From an uncultured Methanosarcinaceae archaeon (GTDB taxonomy: Archaea > Halobacteriota > Methanosarcinia > Methanosarcinales > Methanosarcinaceae), in NCBI GenBank assembly GCA_963847185.1, contig CAWJYV010000008.1:960001-1024000 (forward strand): a stretch of 64,000 bases of DNA. Reading direction: 5' to 3'. Made by a program: the position numbers and the translations under genes. Positions 32,092 to 40,849 of this stretch are shown piece by piece. A model generated the notes under the pieces. It ran no database searches. It had not been told where the DNA came from and saw only the letters and a program-made list of their open reading frames with translations. Each line of letters starts with the position of its first letter. Position 1 is the first letter of the stretch.

Positions 32092-32259
32092 TTGAGAGGT
32101 GGGATTCTGGAAGTTTCGGGACTATATGCAATTTGTAAATATGCGGCTAAACTTTATGCCTGCCAGATCTGTAGAAGATATGTACGCATCCAATGTATGA
32201 ACATAAAAAGGCATCTGTATCTGTTGTGCCAGCGGCAGGGCTGTTTATCCTGCAAATAG
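32092..32259 (+). pseudogene. Small CxxC zinc-finger-like ORF, apparently degenerate
   Basis: LEVSGLYAICKYAAKLYACQICRRYVRIQCMNIKRHLYLLCQRQGCLSCK*; GAGGTG RBS before CTG 32107, in-frame TTG at 32092. Confidence 0.5.
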
Positions 32260-32361
32260 CTATGAAGAAAAGGGAGACTTAAGTGGTAAGTCAAATAAAA
32301 TTTTTAATAACTTTTTATTGATGAAATTCTCCAGTAAAAATTTTTGTGGACTTCAAGTAAG

Positions 32362-33294
32362 TTATACAAGCAGGTTTATGGGGTGTCGATCTGCAGGTTC
32401 TATATCCAGATCAGCTACAGCCTCAGAAATCATGATATCGCTCATGGCAGCCATAGGGAAAATGTATGGGGCATACTCAATAGGTCCATAAAGGATGAAA
32501 TCCCCCGCTGCTGCCTGTTGCAAGCAGGTTGAACCTATATCACAGATCTTATAGAGAACAGGGTCTTTTTCTTTCTTCTGGTTTAGCCAGTTCCAGGCAG
32601 ATGGTGCATTGTGGATCCCTGAACCAGTTGGGTATCCCCATTTTGCTTTTGCAGTGATTGTCATTCTGAGGGCTACGCCTGCTCCATCTCCCATAGGAGT
32701 GATGCTAGGGTCTATAAGTTTGTTAACTATCCCACAGCTCTCTGCTACTGAAAGAAGCCCTTCTTCCAGAATGCATGCTCCGTTTTCCAGAAGTTCCATT
32801 CTGCCCTGAAGAGATGAGTCCATAGCATTAAAGCCAAGGATTATCGAACTATCTATGTCGGATAAGGCAAGAGCTTCCCTTTCTGAAGCGTTTATACTCA
32901 TGTTTATGGAGTTATAGATTGCCTTGTCTGCAAGCCCTACCTCACTCACATATTCCGCTGCATGGGCGCGCACAGCTCCCTCAGGGGAATCAATAAGAAA
33001 AGGAGCTTCAGAGATTTCTGCCACAAAATCAATATACTGAGTGATGCTTTTACGGGTAGTACCAAAAATATGGATTATATGAGGATTTCCGGTCTCTTCT
33101 GAAGCGGTTTCCTGTAGATTTACGAGCTTTTCGGCTGCAGCTCGGTCAAACAGGCCTTTTTCAGGGTCTTCCACAATTTCATGCTTATTGTAAAAAATAG
33201 TCCCTGCAAGCACTGTAGGGAGTTCTCCTGGTTGTCCGCCAATTTTAACCCCTGCAATGCTGGCTATTTCCTGCTCTTTCTGAAACTTAAACAT
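32362..33294 (-). CDS. mtxH: Methyltransferase MtxH (MtrH paralog)
   Basis: MFKFQKEQ...GGQPGELPTVLAGTIFY and GSGIHNAPSAW; order mtxX-mtxA-mtxH. Confidence 0.92.
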   Translation of the reverse strand: MFKFQKEQEIASIAGVKIGGQPGELPTVLAGTIFYNKHEIVEDPEKGLFDRAAAEKLVNLQETASEETGNPHIIHIFGTTRKSITQYIDFVAEISEAPFLIDSPEGAVRAHAAEYVSEVGLADKAIYNSINMSINASEREALALSDIDSSIILGFNAMDSSLQGRMELLENGACILEEGLLSVAESCGIVNKLIDPSITPMGDGAGVALRMTITAKAKWGYPTGSGIHNAPSAWNWLNQKKEKDPVLYKICDIGSTCLQQAAAGDFILYGPIEYAPYIFPMAAMSDIMISEAVADLDIEPADRHPINLLV

Positions 33295-33407
33295 CTCTAC
33301 ACCCTCTAGATTTGTAGTTTAAAGGATTCTCTTTTAAATCACAAAACCTCCATATAAATATAAAGGCTCGTAATATATTTTCAAAGTAAGGCCCCTCAGA
33401 TTAAAAA

Positions 33408-34001
33408 TCAAAGGTTTTCAGCGTGGCAGACAATTCCTGCTGCTGTATCCATGACAAATTCCTCCGAAACTATTACGTCACCTGAGACTGGAACTGTGAA
33501 TGAACTTCGCTTTTTTTTCTGGGAGCAGACAACCATAGGTTCATCCGGGTAAGCTTCATCTTTATCTTTATATTTATTTACAAGCTTGAGGATCTCTTTG
33601 GAGTCTATAAGCCCTATTCTGTCAAGGAGGATTACCTGCTGCTGGAAGCGACTGACTGCTTCTCTGGAGATATTTTCTATGAAAGGGATTGCCCCTTCAG
33701 ATTCAATAATTCTGCCCTGTTCGTCAATTCCATTTGCATGAATAGCCAGCAATGAATGGCCTGCAAGATGACCTCTGGATTCAGCCCCGCAAACAAGAAT
33801 GTATCGGATATTGGAATTTGAAATGATATTTACGATTATTTTTTCTACTCCAAGATTTTCAGTTTTTGCACTTCCCCATATGGCTGCTTGAGGTAAGGGA
33901 TTTATGTGGCTTGCAAGGGTTACAACCGCAATTCGGGATTCAGGGTTTCCTGTTGTATAGTCTCCTTTTACTATCGGCCATGTGTCTGCAATGGTCTTCA
34001 A
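33408..34001 (-). CDS. mtxA: Methyltransferase corrinoid subunit MtxA (MtrA paralog)
   Basis: WPIVKGDY, KTENLGVEK and ESRGHLAG motifs; no C-terminal membrane anchor. Confidence 0.92.
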   Translation of the reverse strand: MKTIADTWPIVKGDYTTGNPESRIAVVTLASHINPLPQAAIWGSAKTENLGVEKIIVNIISNSNIRYILVCGAESRGHLAGHSLLAIHANGIDEQGRIIESEGAIPFIENISREAVSRFQQQVILLDRIGLIDSKEILKLVNKYKDKDEAYPDEPMVVCSQKKKRSSFTVPVSGDVIVSEEFVMDTAAGIVCHAENL

Positions 34002-34861
34002 AGAATCACCTTTTCCCTTTCCTTATTAAGATGAGAGAGTGCACTTGCAAGCATTATGGCCTTTGTAAAATGTCCACCTACCCTTGAAGTATCAACAAAA
34101 ACGTAATCATCCATCAGCACAGGCGCTCCCAGACCGTCGCCTCCTCCCAGAAAAGCAATGGTCCGAAAGATGAGGTTTCCTGATATCCCATCCGGAGCAA
34201 CTATAAAGTTTGATTCTTTTATGGCATCTTCTATGAGAATGGTGTAATGTTTGGCGTTGATCCCGAGTTCAACAGCTCTCCTCGTTATGAATTCTCCATC
34301 CGCAAGGGTTCTGTCTACTCGCCTGTCCCTTCCTATATCTCCTATCCTGCCACCTGAAAGCACGCCTACTACAGGTTCAATCCCGAATCTCCTTATGTAT
34401 TCGGCACCGAGAGTTACCATGCGGAGCTTGTCTGCAATGGTATTTCCCTCATCAATTCCTACAGGAGCAAGAAAGAAAGGTGTCCCGTCAACTGTCAGGA
34501 GTAAAGCCAACCGACAGATTCTCTTCTTTCCCAAGGCTTCCTTGAGGTGCGAAAGGGCTCCAGATGCTTTTGCAGTGCCCCGAATGACCGCATCGACCTT
34601 TCTTGAGATCAGAAGTTCTGCAAGAACTCTTTCCGGATCGTCGGTATCAACTACCTCAAGCTCCGTTCCTATCTCATCAATTTCTTTTTTACTTCCTACA
34701 AGGACGACCTGTGCATATCCCATTTCCTGGGCTTTCCATGCACTTTCGAGCATTTTGGGGTTTGGATCCCTTATTCCCATAGCCACTTTTGCCCTATTCA
34801 GGCGGGCTCGCGTTTCTATAGCCTCAAGGAGGGCATCCATACTGTTCTTTTGCATATCCAT
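33998..34861 (-). CDS. mtxX: MtxX, methanogenesis marker protein 4
   Basis: FFLAPVGIDEG, GVLSGGR and APDGISGNLIFR motifs; first gene of mtxXAH. Confidence 0.9.
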   Translation of the reverse strand: MDMQKNSMDALLEAIETRARLNRAKVAMGIRDPNPKMLESAWKAQEMGYAQVVLVGSKKEIDEIGTELEVVDTDDPERVLAELLISRKVDAVIRGTAKASGALSHLKEALGKKRICRLALLLTVDGTPFFLAPVGIDEGNTIADKLRMVTLGAEYIRRFGIEPVVGVLSGGRIGDIGRDRRVDRTLADGEFITRRAVELGINAKHYTILIEDAIKESNFIVAPDGISGNLIFRTIAFLGGGDGLGAPVLMDDYVFVDTSRVGGHFTKAIMLASALSHLNKEREKVIL

Positions 34862-34924
34862 CCTAACTTTTGTATAAGATTTGAAGTAGTTCAAAGGAGT
34901 ACAACCACAATCATTAATTAATCT

Positions 34925-35115
34925 TGTCCTGCCCGAGTTCCGCTTCGGGAGCACGGGGTCTGTTTCGCTTCGCTCAAGCAGACTAGCTTATGGGGTAGAA
35001 TCTTGTCTAACTTCCCGAATTGCACATCAGGGTCGCAGAAAATCGGAAATTTTCTGGGAGTTGCGATGTACTCGCAACAGTACACAGTCCTTTTAGCTTC
35101 ACTCGAGATGACTAA
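34925..35115. repeat. Hairpin-rich intergenic element (REP/MITE-like)
   Basis: At least five stacked inverted repeats, including GTCTGTTT-CGCTTCGCTC-AAGCAGAC and a degenerate second copy AGTCCTTTT-AGCTTCACTC-GAGATGACT. Confidence 0.55.
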
Positions 35116-35397
35116 TTTTTTGATTTAGTTTTCGTTCACTTTTATTGTTTACATAGACTAAGTCTTAGAGATGTAGTTTTGTTTTTGGTTCAGAGGCTTA
35201 AATATTCTGTGTTTTGTTTTCGTTATTATGCTTCTTTATTAATACTTGAAGTACTTCTAGTGCCTGAGGTGACGGGATTTTTAAGTTACTACTTCAAATG
35301 GCGTTAGGATAGACAGGAGCAAAACCTTTTTACATATGGAAAAAATTAGAACATAAACAGTTAATAATGAGTTCCTTTTTTATTGGTATGGTTTAAG

Positions 35398-37233
35398 ATG
35401 ACGTTGGCAATCGAATGGGCTGAAAAATACCGCCCCCAGAGCCTCAAAGATATTATTGGGAACAAGAAGGCAGTGCAGGATCTGAAGACCTGGGCTGAGG
35501 AATGGCTTTCAGGAATTCCTGAGAAAAGGGCAGTCATTCTCCATGGGTCTGCAGGCGTAGGGAAGACTTCAAGTGTTCACGCTCTTGCCCGGGATCTGGG
35601 CTGGGAAGTGATAGAGCTCAACGCAAGTGATCAGAGGACTGCAGGGGTTATTGAAAGGATCGCAGGATCTGCAGCTTCTATGAGTACTTTTTTCGGAGGA
35701 AAGCGCCTGATCATTCTGGATGAGGCTGACAACATCCACGGGAGTGCAGACAGAGGCGGAATGCGGGCGATTGCAGGACTTATAAAAACTACACTTCAGC
35801 CGATGGTTCTGATTGCAAATGACATCTATGGGCTAACTCCTACTATTCGGAATCTCTGCCTGGAAATCAAGTTCGGATCCATTCAGAGCCGTTCAATGAT
35901 TCCAGTTTTGAAAAAGGTATGCGAGAATGAAGGAGTCCTTTGCAGTCCGGATGCAATCCAGCAGATTGCAGAAAATGCAGGTGGAGACTTGCGAAGTGCA
36001 ATGAATGATCTTCAGGCTTCAGCCAGTGGAAAGGAAGTACTGGAGCTAGAAGATATTAGTACTTCAGGCAGGGATGTCAAAGAAAACATTTTCAAGGCAA
36101 TGCAAAGGATATTCAAGAGCACTGATTGTAAAAAAGCTCTTGGAGTAGCAATCGAACTTGATGAGAGTCCTGAGGATCTTGTGCACTGGATCGATGAAAA
36201 CCTTCCCATCCAGTATGCCAGCAAAGAAGGTGACCTGGGAGACATAAGGACAGGTTTTGAGTTTCTCTCTAAGGCTGACCTCTATCTTGGTCGCGTAAAG
36301 AAACGCCAGAACTATCGGATGTGGAGATATGCCAGCATGCTGATGGTCTGTGGAGCTGTGATTTCAAAGACGAAATCCTACCCCGGATTTATTAAATATC
36401 AGCAGCCTTCTCTCTGGCGGAGGCTTGGACAGACGCGTTCGAAGCGAGACCTGAGGGATAATGTTTCTTCTAAAATTGGTGAGCACAGCTTTGAATCTAT
36501 CCGTTATTCAAGAAATAATCTCCTGAGGCTTTACTCCTGCATGGTAAAGGATGAAAAGACTGCAATTGAAGTTACTGCATTTCTCGGACTTGAACTCGAG
36601 GAATTGATCTACCTTTCCGGAAGTACCAAGCCCAGTAAAAAACTACAGAAAATCTATGATGAAGCGCAGGAACTGCTTCGAGAAGGAAAAGACGATGAAG
36701 AAGAACAGGGTTTCTTCAAGATTCCGGTTTCATCTGAAGATCGCAAACAGGTAACTTTTTGTTCCATAATCCAACGTCCCGAAGAACCAGAGAAAAAAAA
36801 TTCAGATAGTTCTGAGAATTCTGATTTTCGGCTTTCTGAGGGCAAGCAGAGGACCTTCAACTTCAATCTTGATGTTTCTTCTGAGATGTCGGGAGAAAAA
36901 GAGATTTCCGAAAGTAATACACCTGATTCCGTTGTATCTAATCCTCTTTTATCTGATATGCTGGCGTCTGATAGTCCCAAATCTCTGGGAAATAAAGTCT
37001 CCTATCCTTCTGAGCCTCTTGAGAAACAAGCTTTTCTCGGCTCTGAAACCTTGGATGAAAAAGTCTCTTCTGAGCCTCTAAAACAGAAGATGCCTGCAAA
37101 TGATGAACCTGCGGACAATAAGTCTGATATTATTGAGGCCCCGGAACCCAAGTCCTCAGATTTTGAAGTCGAAGCCTCGGGAACTCCTAAAAAAGCCGAA
37201 TTGAAAACTCAAAAAACACTCTTCGATTTCTAA
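35398..37233 (+). CDS. rfcL: Replication factor C large subunit
   Basis: [25 protein letters not shown] and ILDEADN motifs; C-terminal PIP box QKTLFDF. Confidence 0.95.
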   Translation: MTLAIEWAEKYRPQSLKDIIGNKKAVQDLKTWAEEWLSGIPEKRAVILHGSAGVGKTSSVHALARDLGWEVIELNASDQRTAGVIERIAGSAASMSTFFGGKRLIILDEADNIHGSADRGGMRAIAGLIKTTLQPMVLIANDIYGLTPTIRNLCLEIKFGSIQSRSMIPVLKKVCENEGVLCSPDAIQQIAENAGGDLRSAMNDLQASASGKEVLELEDISTSGRDVKENIFKAMQRIFKSTDCKKALGVAIELDESPEDLVHWIDENLPIQYASKEGDLGDIRTGFEFLSKADLYLGRVKKRQNYRMWRYASMLMVCGAVISKTKSYPGFIKYQQPSLWRRLGQTRSKRDLRDNVSSKIGEHSFESIRYSRNNLLRLYSCMVKDEKTAIEVTAFLGLELEELIYLSGSTKPSKKLQKIYDEAQELLREGKDDEEEQGFFKIPVSSEDRKQVTFCSIIQRPEEPEKKNSDSSENSDFRLSEGKQRTFNFNLDVSSEMSGEKEISESNTPDSVVSNPLLSDMLASDSPKSLGNKVSYPSEPLEKQAFLGSETLDEKVSSEPLKQKMPANDEPADNKSDIIEAPEPKSSDFEVEASGTPKKAELKTQKTLFDF

Positions 37234-37429
37234 TTTTTTATTTCCTCATTTCTAAATAAATTGTTCTTCTCTAATTGTAGTATCTGTAATTATGTTTTAT
37301 TTCTAATTTATTATTTTTTTCTTTTCCTTTAATATTTGATACAAAAAGTTTTGAAATATACTCTAAAGAATATTCTACTGATCCTATCCATAATCTTTAC
37401 CTGAATAGATTCTGAATACACAAGAATTT

Positions 37430-37510
37430 ATGTGAGCGGATTGACGGGGTTAATAATAAAATAGTCTTAGTGTATATTGGGAATTGGGGACTGGGTCCCG
37501 CTCACATGAA
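37430..37510 (-). ncRNA. Candidate small RNA, copy A (stem plus C-rich loop)
   Basis: ATGTGAGCGG/CCGCTCACAT 10-bp stem; minus-strand TATA CTTATAAG at 37527-37534. Confidence 0.55.
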
Positions 37511-37584
37511 CCACTTTGTAATTTTTCTTATAAGGATTTTTCCACTTTTTAGTGCTTATTCAATGACGGAGTCCTTACAGATAA

Positions 37585-37690
37585 GACAAATTCTTAACAA
37601 ATGAAGTAATTCAAACAAGTAAAATAAATTCTAAGTAAGCAGGATAAATTTCTAACAAATAAGATAAATTCTAAGTAAGTGGGATAATTC
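37585..37690. repeat. Degenerate 19-20 bp tandem repeat
   Basis: Units such as ATAAATTCTAAGTAAGCAGG, ATAAATTTCTAACAAATAAG and ATAAATTCTAAGTAAGTGGG. Confidence 0.55.
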
Positions 37691-37724
37691 GCAGAAAAGT
37701 TGTGAAGACGAAAACAAGGAGTTT

Positions 37725-37822
37725 GTGAGCGGGTTAGGAGAGTTTTGGGGGAATATTGGGGGAATAGTTGGGGGGATATGGGTTTGGGGTTATACTATGG
37801 AAAAGAGACCCGCTCACTCGAC
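37725..37822 (-). ncRNA. Candidate small RNA, copy B (stem plus C-rich loop)
   Basis: GTGAGCGGGT/ACCCGCTCAC stem enclosing five G-runs on + (CCCCCAA repeats on -); minus-strand TATA TATTTATACC at 37839-37848. Confidence 0.6.
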
Positions 37823-38004
37823 ATGAGTACTTATTTATGGTATAAATAGTTTTTTCTTTTATTCGTTTTAATTTATAATTAAGGCTTTATTTGTACAAAT
37901 CAATTGTTTGACATAAAGGTTTCCTTAATTTTGGTTTAAAATCGATAGTTAATATGCAGGATTTACAGCACCGCAAAAAATTATTATTCTTAGAGAAAAT
38001 GGGA

Positions 38005-38080
38005 TGAGCGGGTTGGGGAGTATGAATTGGGGGTGTTGGGGGGTTGGGGTTATCTAACAAAAGAGAGACCCGCTCACAAG
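38005..38080 (-). ncRNA. Candidate small RNA, copy C (stem plus C-rich loop)
   Basis: TGAGCGGGT/ACCCGCTCA stem with four G-runs in the loop; minus-strand TATA TATTTATATC at 38100-38109. Confidence 0.6.
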
Positions 38081-38222
38081 TATTACATCATGCTAGTCAG
38101 ATATAAATATATTTTGCTTGAATTTTTTTGAATAAACACTTTCGGAAGTCTCTATGTAAGAGGAAAACAAACCTTTTTTAAAACGAGGGTAATTTCGTTC
38201 CCTTTCTTATTCTCCTCTATGG

Positions 38223-38281
38223 CAGAGAGTTCTGATTATATTAGAGAGTCTCGATTATTTCGGGGAGTTTTGATTATATCT
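38223..38281. repeat. Three 19-bp direct repeats upstream of tRNA-Val
   Basis: GAGAGTTCTGATTATATTA / GAGAGTCTCGATTATTTCG / GGGAGTTTTGATTATATCT. Confidence 0.5.
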
Positions 38282-38396
38282 GCAAATTAGTCAGTTCTTT
38301 TTTGACAGTTTGTCGCTAACAAAAGACATATATATAACTAGTTACATTTTGGAGTTGCATTTGGAGCATTCCTGCAAATGTGCACAGCGGCAAAAT

Positions 38397-38470
38397 GGGC
38401 TCGTGGTCTAGTCGGTTATGACATCGCCTTTACACGGCGGGGATCCTGAGTTCGAATCTCAGCGGGCCCA
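38397..38470 (+). tRNA. tRNA-Val(TAC)
   Basis: Acceptor stem GGGCTCG/CGGGCCC-A, D arm GGTCTAGTCGGTTATGAC, anticodon arm TCGCC-TTTACAC-GGCGG, T arm CTGAG-TTCGAAT-CTCAG; TATA at about 38328-38337. Confidence 0.97.
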
Positions 38471-38763
38471 CTCTCTTTATTATCCTTCTTTTCTAATTTT
38501 AAGTGCTTATTGAGCTTCTTTTCTAATGCTTCGACTCTTGCTTCAAGGTCAGATTTTACTTCTGGTTGTGCAACTTTAAGTTCACAGTTAATATTTTCTT
38601 CAAGGGAAATTACATACACAGGTTTACCATTATATTCTGTTTTGAAAATATGGGCAGTTTCTCCAGCAACACTCACTTCAGATTTCGGTAGCCTTACTAA
38701 AGGATATGTAATATGTGATTTTACATTATGTTTCATGACTTTAGACTTGCCTAATAGCTTCAT
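38416..38763 (-). mobile_element. Probable N-terminal fragment of a split (SSV1/pTN3-type) integrase overlapping the tRNA 3' half
   Basis: The ORF reads antisense into the tRNA (…GPAEIRTQDPRRVKAMS*), the arrangement produced when attP lies inside the integrase gene. Confidence 0.6.
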
Positions 38764-39710
38764 TTTTTGACCTCTAATCTTTAGAGGCACCGGAGAAAAG
38801 AAACTATGGTAGATTTCTAATAGTGTCTGATCGCGAGCAGTTTCATAGTTGTTTGATCCTATTCAATTTGAAATTAGATATACGATTTTTTTATTTCAGC
38901 TTCTATTCATGATAGCAATCTTTTGTCCTAAAATATTACTATTTCTACTTTTAAGGCCTATTTGGCAATATGTTGAATTTTCTGTAAATCACAAATCTCA
39001 AAAGTTTCTGGGAATAAAATACCGCTACATAAGAACTTAATTCCATGTGGCGAGGAAAATGTTGATTTCAAATTTACAGCAAATTTGCGACACTTACTTA
39101 GAACTACAAAACTGAAATATTAGTTGATAAAAATGGTACAAAATTAAATTCAGTGATACTTTTGACCCAGTCTATTACTAACCAGTGAAAACAGACAAAA
39201 CGTAATCAAAGATCGATAATTATTGAAAAAATTCGAAGTTGAAGTACAAAACTGGGTTACGCGTATGTAAGATATAACCAAAAATAAAAGAAATTAACAA
39301 AATGAAAGAATTTTGGGATAAAACACTTAATTCTTTCATATCTAAATTTTTTGGACATTTCTTCTTCATATATATATCTTTGTATATCCTTCTTTTTGTT
39401 TGCTACTCATTTTTTGTATCTATTCTTCTTCAAGTATCGGATTTTTTTTAAAAAGGCTCAGTTGGATGTGTTTCTCTATCTTCCCCTGACTGTAGACTCT
39501 TTTTCTTTAAAGACAATTGAGAATTTAGTAACTATAATTTTTTTTCTTTATAACTTATCATTTTATATCTCAATGATATGGTTATATAGAAAGGAAAACG
39601 ATAAAGGATTAGAATCTTTGTTACCGATAAAAAAATATGCTTTAAAATCTTTTTAAAGTGTTATTTCTTACAAAGATTATTTTTTTAACTACCGTGGGGG
39701 AGGAGTAAGT

Positions 39711-39938
39711 ATTAAGAGAAGGAGCAGGACTGATATTGCAGTTGATATTTTACGAGTTGCAATGAATGGAGCAAAGAAAACACATATTGTATACGAAGTA
39801 AATCTGAATTTTAATATTGCTCAGAAATACTTGGAAATGCTTAAAGATAAAGAACTTATTAAGCATGAAAACGGACTTTTCATTACTACTGATAAAGGAA
39901 AAGTGTTCCAGGAAATGGCTAAAGAACTTAAGCTTTAA
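39711..39938 (+). CDS. Small winged-HTH protein (COG3432/HTH_45-like) with apparent ATT start; not in the ORF track
   Basis: (I/M)KRRSRTDIAVDILRVAMNGAKKTHIVYEVNLNFNIAQKYLEMLKDKELIKHENGLFITTDKGKVFQEMAKELKL*; RBS GGAGGAG 5 nt upstream. Confidence 0.8.
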   Translation: MKRRSRTDIAVDILRVAMNGAKKTHIVYEVNLNFNIAQKYLEMLKDKELIKHENGLFITTDKGKVFQEMAKELKL

Positions 39939-40849
39939 GTCCCTTTCTTGCAACTTTTCTACTTTTTCCCATTTTTCTGATTTTTTATGAAAAAGAAACT
40001 TAAAAGGCATCCTTAACAATGTTTCTGATTATTCATGCGTTCCCGTATATATAAATGAAGTTTTGAAACATATCTATTATGGTGAAGGCCCTTCTTTTAA
40101 ATTACACATTAAGAAAACCGCACAGGATTTCGAATGCTGGTGCCTTCATTGACAAAGCTATTGATATTTTATGAGATTTTGGGATTGAAAATGAAATAAT
40201 GAGGGGTATGGATGATAGTGCAGCCTTTGGGATCTTTTCAGATGAAGGGGAAGGCGATAAATGACCTTTGATTCTTGAAAATAATAAAAGCTTACAATAT
40301 TATTATTATTATACCGGTTCCTATTATGGGTTAGTGTACTCTCTTCTGCGGCGAAAATGGTATTTAAGAGGCTGGGTGTAGTTTACATGAAGATATATCT
40401 TAAAACAGGAAAATATTCCCCTTACGGAAAGACCGCAGGAGTTATTGTTGCCAGAAATGAAGAAGTGGGCATGATATCTATTCACCCATAGTCTTCAACC
40501 TCACTTATCCAGGCTGTGCCGTACCTCTAAATGTTGACTGTTATCGGGTTGGTTATGCGGGCTCAGGTCTAAGTTTTCTCGAAACAGGAGGCAACAGAAA
40601 TTTCTCTATATATTGGACAGTATGATGTATGATGCCCAATCTGGTGCACTTGGCAAAGTCTGTCAAAGAAAAATCTATCCTACAAACTAGAAAAGGCTTG
40701 ATGAGAATGAAAAAAAGGCAGAGGCTGAAGCTGACCAGCTAAAGCCACCGCTTTAATTTTTTAAAAATTATTTCGTACTTTCGTTCTGTAATTGGGGATA
40801 TTATTTAACTGACTGGATAAGACTATGATATAATGAAAGGGGGTATTGT

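Noticed and set aside
32362-34861. mtxXAH as an undescribed methyltransferase system
   Set aside because: Already described operon in Methanosarcina, although its function is unclear
37430-38080. Stem-loop copies as small peptide genes or a CRISPR-like array
   Set aside because: The frame from GTG gives 27 aa in copy B but stops after 7 codons in copy C; the repeats are inverted pairs, not direct repeats with spacers
39351-39656. 101-aa hydrophobic ORF
   Set aside because: AT-rich, F/L/I/Y-biased, no RBS or recognisable motif
39750-40019. 89-aa minus-strand ORF
   Set aside because: Antisense shadow of the wHTH gene at 39711-39938
40125-40145. Possible degenerate attR copy of the tRNA-Val 3' end (TTCGAAT)
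   Set aside because: Only about 7 nt match, which is expected by chance
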